A DNA stretch of 64,000 nt from Cyanophora paradoxa CCMP329 (taxonomy: Eukaryota; Plantae; Glaucophyta), in contig QPMI01000643.1 of assembly GCA_004431415.1 (NCBI GenBank), positions 62,001 through 126,000 on the forward strand. The letters run 5' to 3'. This document shows, in pieces, positions 53,101 to 61,715 of this stretch (the stretch's first letter is position 1; each line of letters starts with the position of its first letter). The notes under the pieces are model-generated. The model was given only the letters and a program-made list of their open reading frames with translations. It was not told where the DNA came from and ran no database searches. The translations under genes and the position numbers were made by a program.

Positions 53101-56100
53101 CGGTGTGGCGGGGAGAATCGCAGGCAAGGTCGGCGAAGAGTTTGCTGCCGAGGCTTTGCCACTGATCGGGCAGGCCATAGAGTGGCTGCGTGAGGTGCGA
53201 AGGAAGGGGGCCCGGCCGTTGGCGCTGACGCTCTGACCATCCCCAGTTTGCATCGTCAGCCAGTGCAAAGGCCGGGAACAGTTGGCGCAGCAACAGTCCG
53301 TCCTGGCGCAGGGCCGGGGGCAGCTTGTAGGCTGGGTCGCCAGCTGCAGCCGCATCGACTGCAGTTTTTAGGCGTTGAGACGATATGGTTTCGTACAATA
53401 GGTTGAATATCTTAGTTTGGGCTTCGATACGGAGGGTGCGTGTTGCTGGCAGAGACCAAAGGCGTGGTCGTGGGTTTCAGGCGTCCCGCTAACGATAGGG
53501 GGGGCCGCGGTGCCTGGCGTGCGTCTCGTGCGGCCGGGTCGCCGTTGGGGCCGTTCCGGATCCCACCGTCTTCCTCGGGGTCGGACGCAGGCGGCTGCCA
53601 TGGCGGGGCTGGGGTGGGCCGGCCGTCTGGGCCTAGCACGGACGCGCAGCCTGCGCGAACACAGAGTCCATTTGGATTTATTGCACTATAGAGATGGGGA
53701 GCGTCCCGGGCACGTTCACCCATGAGGGGTGCGAGTCCGGAGCTGAATTTCGTGATTTGAGCAAGCCTCGCATTCAGGGGGTGCGATGCATCGCGGGAGA
53801 GCCCTTTCTTGCGGTATTCGCGGGCGAGGCGCGCACGGTCGACCGGACTGCCCAAATGGCATTTTTCGGTTGCAAGGAGACGGGAGAAGTTCCGAAATTC
53901 GCACGTATTTTTTACGTGTGCTCGCGGGTCAGACTCAACTCTGTAAACTCTACGAGTGTCGTAGTTCTCGTTCCAGCAGCGCGGGGGCGAAAAGAGTAGG
54001 ACCATGTCAAATCCGCCAGGGGAAAGACCGGCTCCCGGCGGGCGTGCCACGCGCGTTTTGATGCAACTGTTGCGGCCGGGGACGGGTCTTCGGGGTCAGA
54101 TTGCCAGGCTGCTTCCTCAGGGTCAGCCCAGGAAGAAAGTTCCCGGCCGTCGAGTGCCTGCCGGGAGAGGTCTGCGCTGGGGTGCAGAGCCAGTGCCGCA
54201 GCGGCGAGGCGGTCGGCTCGTGCGTTGTCCCGATCAAATGCACGGTTTGGAACCCGTTCTTCTTCCACCAGCAGGGGCAGGCTTGGTAGTCCTGGTGTAT
54301 GCTGACCTAGCGCAGCCCGGGCTTCGCGCCGCCTCTGTCGTTCTGCTCGCCTGGAGGCACGAGACGCTTGCTGCATTTGGTGGACGGCTCGGCGGGCGTT
54401 CCGACGGTGGATGTGGGCAGTGCCCGCGCGAAGGTGCTCGGAGATATAGTTGTAGGCGCCGGTTAGCGGGTTCGCGCGCCCTTCGTATACTCCCGTGCCG
54501 GGGCCATATTGAGCTATCAGTTCCGCCTCCGTAGGTTCGGGAGCGACCGGGTCTCGGTCAGAGAGGTAGGATTCGTATGAGTCTGCGTCTGATTCCGAGT
54601 CGTGGTCGGCCACTTCAGCGGGGCGGCAGCCGGGCGCGGGCGGCGCCGAGTTATATATTCTTTCTGGTGGGCTTTGACTTTGACAAGACGTTCTTCGTAT
54701 AGCATTCTGTCGGGTGCCACGGCCCTTGCTAGTGCAAGCCGGATGCACTGCACCTCAGCATACGCTTTAAGGTGATGGGAGTACGAGGCTCGAATGCAGC
54801 TGCGAAGGGTGGCGGTGGCGCGATGCGAGACGTACTTGGAATAGTCCGCCATTGCAGTGAAGCTGTCAGTTTTCACTGTGCAGCCTTCGGGAGAGAGCAG
54901 CAGGGCGGACAGGACGGCGAGGAGCTCGCCTTTGTTATTGTTCACTGTGCCAGGACACGGGGCCACGAAAAAGTCGCTGCCGTCGGTCGGGATGGCGTCT
55001 GCAAGGCCGCGAAGTTTCGCCACCTGGTCAGTATCGACGCCGGTTGTGCCCAGCCGGTCAGCTAGTGCGTGAATTTGTTGACGGAGGGCTATCCCTCGCT
55101 GCGTGCGGGCAGCTTCGTCAGCTAGTGAGGCCGGGTTGCTCTCACGGGGCCAGACGCCAGCGTAGGCCGTGAGTGCAGCTTCTGAGGCGGCGTCCATGGT
55201 ACTGGCATCCGTGGCTGCGAGTCGGCGCTCGCGGTCGAGCGGGAGGGAGGTGCGGCCGAGCTCCGCGGCAATCAGGTTCCAAAATGGGTCAGCATACTCT
55301 GACGATGGGATGCAGAAGTCGCTCAACTGTCGGCGTTGGGGGTAGGCCCGAGGCGCTGTCGGCGGGGGGACGGTCCCAGGGTCGCGAGCGGCGACTCCAT
55401 CTGGCCGCTGGGGCGCCGCGTGATCATCTGGATCATAATTCCAGTCCTGTTCCCACGGGGGAGGAAATGAGTGTCGCGGAACTCGGGCCACCACGTTATT
55501 TTATCTTCAAGGAAAATGCGAGCATGCTCGGCGACACGGCCTGACCGCGACTCGGGGACCAGGCTCTGAAGTCGGGCGGGGTAGATGTAGGCTGTGTCTT
55601 CGGTCCAGCGGCACCGTTGGGAGGCCGGGTCTGAGTGGTCACATGCGCGGCGGAGAGCCTCTGCTTCCGGCGTTTTCGCTGTGAAGCGGCTGTCGCATTC
55701 TTTGGGATCCATTATGCAGCGGAAGAAGGAGACGGGTTCGCCGGTGGTGTCATATATGTGGTCCTCTCGGTCGTCCTGGCCTTTGTCTCGGCGGACCCAG
55801 TGTTCGAGCTCAACTAGGACGCGTTCTCTGCCGTCGTCAGCGTCAGTTGTCCGCCGGATATTGCAGATGCGTCCTAGATACGCTTCCGTTGTCCAAACGA
55901 AGCCGCCGACTTTGTACTGGGGCGAGAGCAGGCCGGCTTCAAGAAGGGTACGTTGGGCTGCAGCCGGATTTTGCGCAGGCTGCAGGTGCATGGGGAAGCG
56001 GAGACGACGGGGGATGGCGCGCGGGCCGACGGGCTGACATATTGCTCGGGTGAACGACGGGAACCAGGAGGGAGGTCTATTGAGTCGCTGTTTAATTTTC

Positions 56101-56380
56101 CCGCTGCCCCATAAGCTAATCCAGTCGAGCACACTGACGCCGTCGGGCCCCGTGACGTCAGCAGCTGTGAGGATATCGTGGCGCCAAAGGAATGGTGCAG
56201 CCTCACGCAGGAGGCGCGGGGGGAGCAGTGTTGTGAGCACAAAGCGGCGTTCGAGCTGCGGGTGAGGCAGGGCCGGAACGAGATAGTCCTTGCCTGAGTC
56301 GAGTTTGTAGCCGGCGCGGGTCAGATTTCGCGCTACAGCTAGTGCAAAATTGTCTCTGTAGGCTGCGGGGCCCAGCTGTA
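50199..56380 (-). mobile_element. 3' half of a non-LTR-type retrotransposon, interrupted at 56380 by the Polinton-like element
   Basis: One long frameshifted minus-strand ORF followed by a U-rich 3' region and a possible A10 tail (T run 50199-50208). The RT domain is not in the window, so the class and 3' end are inferred. Confidence 0.65.
50738..56380 (-). pseudogene. Retroelement polyprotein fragment: post-RT region, RNase H, zinc-binding motif, IWxxRN, Ulp1/C48 protease, C-terminal Zn finger; several frameshifts
   Basis: RNase H residues AATDAS / NNKGELLAV / VKTDS / VKVKAH / NARADRLA; C..C...ETHDHAFGLC; AIWKARN; Ulp1 motifs WVNADVINYY, PIHTPGHWIL, LYDG, QNDRFNCGIFV. Confidence 0.8.
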
Positions 56381-56475
56381 ACACATATGTATAAACTTAT
56401 TTAAATCCCTCGTTCATCTCGATCGCTTCGCGATCTCGATTCACTCAGGATTTAAATAAGTTTATACATATGTGT
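56381..56475. repeat. Terminal hairpin 2: perfect 28-bp inverted repeat with inner GATCGC-TTC-GCGATC
   Basis: ACACATATGTATAAACTTATTTAAATCC (56381-56408) is the reverse complement of 56448-56475, with a 39-nt interior. Confidence 0.97.
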
Positions 56476-56784
56476 CAAAATTAATACTAAAATACGTATT
56501 TATCGATTAAATTCTTTAACTTTTTTATGCAAACTTTGTATAAATTAATGCAAACTTTGTATTAAAAATGAAAAACGCGTTTAACTTTATGCATATTAAC
56601 GATTGAATCAATTGATCTTATATCGATTGATTATGTTCTTTGTCGATTACATATATAACTGCGATTAATTTGCATTAAACTACTTAAAGAACGAAATAAT
56701 CGCGATTAAATTGCATAAATTCGCATAAACTCGATATATCTCTCTGGTATTGAAGTAGACCACCGCCCATTCTGTATCGAAAAA

Positions 56785-57052
56785 CGCAAAAAGTGTCACA
56801 GAGTTGCATTGTGTCCAATTAAACAATCGATGAGATTGCTGATTTGCATTTGTGCACCCAAAAACTGTCACAGAGTTGCATTATCTCCAATTAAACAATC
56901 GATTATAATGGGATGGGCACTTTTGCACCCAAAAAGTGTCACATAGTTGCATGGTCTCCAATTAAACAATCGATGGGATTGCGGATTTACATTTTTGCAC
57001 CGAAAAAGTGTCACAGAGTTGCATGGTCTCCAATTGAACAATCGATTAGATT
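56785..57052. repeat. About 4 tandem ~71-bp repeats (AAAAGTGTCACAGAGTTGCAT...CCAATTAAACAATCGAT)
   Basis: Units start near 56790, 56860, 56931 and 57003. Confidence 0.85.
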
Positions 57053-57164
57053 GCATATGTTCTATAAAACAGAATAAATGAATTCAAGTGTGACAGGTAG
57101 TATTCAAATGATATTCAGTAAGAGATAGTTTTGTTTTTGAGAAAGTCAGTAAGAGGGGTGGAAT

Positions 57165-57640
57165 GTCTGTGACGCCTGTGACGGCTGTGACGCCTGTTTT
57201 CAGAAGTCTGTCATTTTTGAAAATTTTAAAAAGTTTGAAAGTAGGTGTCACAGGCGTCACAGGCGTCACACTCAATTAAATTAGGTGTCACAGCGAAATT
57301 GCAGACCATTTCCAGTAAGACAACTTCGCATTTTCAAAAAGGTTGATTAATGGATAGTGTTTTGTAGGTGTCAGAGGTGTCACAAGACGGATTTCAGTAA
57401 GACAAGAATATATTTTCGAAAATCTCAGTAAGAGAAAGAGATTCCATTGTTAATTGGGTGTGACGCCTGTGACGGCTGTGACGGCTGTTTTCAGAAGTCT
57501 GTAATTTTTGAAAATTTTAAAAAAAAGTTTGAAAGTAGGCGTCACAGGCGTCACAGGCGTCACAGTCAATTAAAGAGGCGTCACAGTCAATTAAATAGGT
57601 GTCACACCCGATTATCTGACCATTTTCAGTAAGACCATCT
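57165..57640. repeat. Two ~290-bp-spaced copies of a module of 9-bp TGTGAC/GTCACA repeats in inverted arrangement around an AT-rich core
   Basis: (TGTGACGCC/GGC)x3 - AT core - (GTCACAGGC)x3 at ~57169-57270 and ~57460-57565. Confidence 0.85.
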
Positions 57641-57808
57641 GAAATTCTGAATTTCTCAGTGTCAACTAACTCGGAAATCGCAATACTCTATGTTTCTCCG
57701 ATTTCTCCAACCCTGAAAACACACCTGTTATTCTCTCATCTATCTCATGAGATACTCTCGTTTCGCCAAAAATTGACAAACGATTTCCCATCATGCTGTA
57801 AAGGAAAC

Positions 57809-58075
57809 ATGCCGATTAACCAGCAATATCACAATTTCCATGGGACTTACATCTTGATTGTGAATAGAATGCAAGATCATTATGAGATCTTTCAAGAGAT
57901 GGGATTGCGAATTACAAGGAGATCAACTCTTTGTAGATTCTTGAAAAAGAATGGTGCTAAATGGGATAAGACAATTCGCCGATGGTATACAGAGGATGCT
58001 AAGAGTCCCCTTCTTAATATTTTCGAGACAGATGGGGAGTTTTTCTATCAGGATCGGTTTAATCATTACCAATAG
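57809..58075 (+). CDS. Small hypothetical protein with a DUF5710-like motif
   Basis: First ATG at 57809 in ORF 57659-58075; LKKNGAKWDKTIRRWY resembles the K..GA.WD...K.W motif of DUF5710. Confidence 0.5.
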   Translation: MPINQQYHNFHGTYILIVNRMQDHYEIFQEMGLRITRRSTLCRFLKKNGAKWDKTIRRWYTEDAKSPLLNIFETDGEFFYQDRFNHYQ

Positions 58076-58116
58076 CCAAGAACTCCAACTGGAATGAGTT
58101 GTCTATTCCATTCATA

Positions 58117-58399
58117 ACACATAGTAAAATGCGGAGTTTTAACCCTCGGCTTATCTTAATTGATTTTGTTGATATATCTCGTATATTCTATTTCAATCAA
58201 TCGATAATCTGTGTGTATCTTATCGAATATTCAATTATTTCGATTATTTTGTATTCTTTTCGATATTTTATCGTAAATTTCTCTTATTTTCCGATTAGTC
58301 TTACTGAGTCTATCGATAATCTCTATATATTTCCGAATAATATAACTGAATCTCAATTAGATCTTGCCTCTGGTTAAAACTCCGCATTTTACTATGTGT
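58117..58399. repeat. Hairpin 3: perfect 28-bp inverted repeat enclosing a 227-nt imperfect foldback
   Basis: ACACATAGTAAAATGCGGAGTTTTAACC (58117-58144) is the reverse complement of 58372-58399. The interior pairs imperfectly (GGC/GCC, ATCTTAATTGA/TCAATTAGAT, ATCGATA/TATCGAT). Confidence 0.95.
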
Positions 58400-58651
58400 G
58401 ATTGGTCTAAAAGTTAATTGATTTAATCGATATTATATTCATGTACTTTCTCGATTAAATTTATTTAAATTTAATTCATTTAATCGGAAACATATCGCTT
58501 AACTCGATTAAGATCCATAAATGATTCATTTGTTTATATTAACAAATAGATCTCTTATTGAATCCAATCGTAATTATACATGAAACTTATATGTTATTAT
58601 CATGTTTTAATGAGTCTAAGGGGGGACCCTTAGGAATTTAATGAATAATTG

Positions 58652-58950
58652 GGTGTCACAGGTGTCACAGGTCCATCCCAAACTTTTGAAAATTCACTCT
58701 TTATAGGAGAAACTTTGGGATAAACCTGTGACACCTGTGACACATACCATATTCAGTAAGGACCTCTTTTATAATGAAAAACTCAGTCATAATCTTATCT
58801 ATGTATTTCTAATTAAATGAATAAATGATTTAATCGAGTGTCACAGGTGTCACAGGTCCATCCCAAACTTTTGGAAATTTACTCTTTATAGGAGAAACTT
58901 TGGGATAAACCTGTGACACCTGTGACACATACCATATTCAGTAAGGACCT
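58652..58950. repeat. Two direct copies (186-bp spacing) of a (GTGTCACAG)2...(CCTGTGACA)2 inverted module
   Basis: 58653-58765 and 58839-58951 are nearly identical. Confidence 0.85.
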
Positions 58951-59467
58951 CATATATTGTTAAAATCTCAGTGTTAGTTGGTGTAGTTGATTCAAAAAAT
59001 GCATTTATACTCTGATTCATTGTTATTTCCTGTGAAATTTGAGTCAACTCAACCCACTTAGTCAACCCTTGCATTGAATTCGTAACAAAATCCATATACT
59101 ATTACTACTTTTACGATTAATATGAGTCAACCTTGAGTCCACTTAAATATAAATATAATATAATAGGGGGAATCTAGGGGAGATGCTTAGAAACATATGA
59201 ATTATTGAGCCTATGAGACTTACATCGTCACGCTAGCCTCGTTGAGAGGATTCCGAATCTGTTTTTATCTTTGTGAGATGATGAGTTGGTGAAGAGATAC
59301 ATGCTTTTTAGTGTTTTGTATGGGAGTTTTCGATATGACGTCATCATGACGTTGCATATGTATATGATATATATGACACACGGGCGGACTCGGGAGATTA
59401 TGACGATCACGGCGATGTGTTAATTGTCATATTGTTTATGTATATATATTTGGCGCAATCTGATTGG

Positions 59468-60000
59468 TGTGCTTGAAACCACATAATTCGTGCTTTAAAC
59501 CACATAATTCGTGCTTTAAACCACATAATTCGTGCTTGAAATCACTTATTAAAAACTAATTCGTGCTTGAAATCACTAATTAAAAGATAATTCGTGCTTG
59601 AAATCACTTATTAAAAGATAATTCGTGCTTGAAATACTAATTGAAAGATAATTCGTGCTTGAAATCACTAATTAAAAGATAATTCGTGCTTGAAATCACT
59701 TATTGAAAGATAATTCGTGCTTGAAATCACTAATTAAGAGATAATTCGTGCTTGAAATCACTAATTGAAAGATAATTCGTGCTTGAAATCACTTATTAAG
59801 AGATAATTCGTGCTTGAAACCACTGATTAAAAGATAATTCGTGCCTAAAACCACTTATTAAAAGATAATTCGTGCTTGAAATCACTTATTGAAAGATAAT
59901 TCGTGCTTGAAATCACTAATTGATAGATAATTCGTGCTTGAAACCACTGATTAAAAGATAATTCGTGCCTGAAACCACTAATTAAAAAATAATTCGTGCT
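59468..60000. repeat. Tandem array: about 3 x 21-bp units then about 15 x 30-31-bp units (AAAGATAATTCGTGCTTGAAATCACT(T/A)ATT)
   Basis: Head-to-tail repeats with no unique spacers. Confidence 0.92.
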
Positions 60001-60002
60001 AA

Positions 60003-60147
60003 ATGAAATCGATTACATGATATCGATTACATGAAATCGATTACGTACATGAAATCGATTGCATGAAATCGATTACATGAAATCGATTACATGAAATCGA
60101 TTTCCATAAAGAATAAAACATTTCGCCGAAGTTTCGCCGAAGTTTCG
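60003..60147. repeat. 14-bp ATGAAATCGATTAC tandem repeats (about 7) followed by 11-bp TTTCGCCGAAG repeats
   Basis: Visible directly. Confidence 0.85.
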
Positions 60148-60326
60148 GTGTTTCGTTTCTCCGCATCTTCAAACGCTTGTATCTCATCACCAGATAGTCA
60201 ACTTGCAGCGTTCTGCATAGCGTTGTGAAGCGCTTGAGAAGATCTACACGTTGATGTGTATATCATATGCATATATGTATATCACACATACATATATTTG
60301 GAAAAAACGAGTTTTCGGCTATGAAA

Positions 60327-61712
60327 CTAGCTAGTTTTGGTCCTTTCTCTTAGTGTTCTTTGAGGTTTAGGGGCTGTATATGACTCCTTAGTAGTCTGAA
60401 AGTCATTATACCATCTCTGGCTATTCACTTCTGAAAGTTTCTGTGTCCCTGCTATAGTGAGCTTTTTGAGTTCCCTGCTAACTTTTCCAGCCTTCTCCTT
60501 CCTAGCCTCTATCAAAGGCTTATCTGGGACTTCATTAGCAGCTTCTATGCCTTCTCTCCTTATAGCAGCATCAACCCTAGCTTCCTCTTTAGCTTGCTCC
60601 AAGGCATCCACTGTAGGTGTTTCCAGATACTCAACTGCATTCACAGGCAACAGCTCATGGAATGCAAACCTGTTATCTATGATCTCTCCAGTGGGACTCC
60701 TTAGCTTAAACTTAAAGCCTTCCCTACTATCAACTGTGTAAACCATCCTAGACCAATTGTTACCCTGTTTAGCAAAGGGGTTTTTCTCAACTTTCACTCT
60801 AACAAACATGCCAGGCTGCATGGTATCAAGGTAAGCTATTGATTTCTTGAATCTTTCATCTTCTAATCCCACTATATACCTATAATGCTCCTCTGTAGTT
60901 TCGCCTGGCTTCATCTTAGTAGCTGAGTGAACTGTATTATTGTAATTATACTCAATATCACCTAACACATCAAAGAATCTAGCTGTGTTATTAGCTATGC
61001 AGTAGTTTGTGATCAGTCTCTTAATCTGCTTGTTAAAGGCTTCAATTCGACCTTGGCTTCTATGGTCAGCAGTTCCACTCACTTGGTGTTCTATGAATTT
61101 ACTAGATAAATACTCCTGGAATATTCGATTTTGGAATTCACTCCCAGCATCTGATTGAACTTTTACTATGGGTCTTGCCACTCTCATTTCAAGCTGTTTA
61201 AATGCAGCTAATGTAGTGAGAGCTGATTTATCCCTTATAGGTATAATATACCCAGTTCTCAGTGTGGATTCCATTGCAGTCATAAAGGTATCATAGCCAT
61301 TGTTTTGTTTCTTATAAGCTGGGAAAAAGAGCAAATCAATCACATAGGTATCAAGGGGCTGCCTAATTGGAACCATGGGATCTCTCTTCCTAGATATAGC
61401 TGGTGCATTGATCTGAACTACCTCTTGTTTTTTATAGAACTCTTGCAATTGCTTATAGGATTCATCAGGTAACTCAGCCCTCATAGCTTGAAGCCCTTTG
61501 TAACCAGTTCTCACATCATAGAATCTCTTTGCAATCTTGCTGGTTTCTTTCACTGCAATAGCAACTGGGATCTCTACTGGGACAAGCTCTTTCATCTCTG
61601 ATTTTTTGACAATTCGAGATTCCCCCTTTTCCTCCTTTGGAATTGTGATAGGCAGTAGGTTACCTTGCAGTTGCTCAGTGGTTCTCCTAACTATTCTTCC
61701 AGTTGCTGGCAT
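60327..61712 (-). CDS. Retroviral-like (rve/DDE) integrase, Polinton type
   Basis: Intact 461-aa ORF with YVIDL (D), QSDAGSEF (D), GRIEAFNKQIK (E), YNNTVHSATKMKP and the SH3-like VRVK..K.PFAK..NWS..VY tail. Confidence 0.92.
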   Translation of the reverse strand: MPATGRIVRRTTEQLQGNLLPITIPKEEKGESRIVKKSEMKELVPVEIPVAIAVKETSKIAKRFYDVRTGYKGLQAMRAELPDESYKQLQEFYKKQEVVQINAPAISRKRDPMVPIRQPLDTYVIDLLFFPAYKKQNNGYDTFMTAMESTLRTGYIIPIRDKSALTTLAAFKQLEMRVARPIVKVQSDAGSEFQNRIFQEYLSSKFIEHQVSGTADHRSQGRIEAFNKQIKRLITNYCIANNTARFFDVLGDIEYNYNNTVHSATKMKPGETTEEHYRYIVGLEDERFKKSIAYLDTMQPGMFVRVKVEKNPFAKQGNNWSRMVYTVDSREGFKFKLRSPTGEIIDNRFAFHELLPVNAVEYLETPTVDALEQAKEEARVDAAIRREGIEAANEVPDKPLIEARKEKAGKVSRELKKLTIAGTQKLSEVNSQRWYNDFQTTKESYTAPKPQRTLRERTKTS

Positions 61713-61715
61713 CTC

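Noticed and set aside
9133-56380. The whole GC-rich segment as cargo of one composite element
   Set aside because: The two junction hairpins differ in sequence and cut two unrelated host ORFs, consistent with independent insertions.
59468-60000. Possible CRISPR array (30-31-bp repeats)
   Set aside because: Units are head to tail with no unique spacers, and there are no cas genes.
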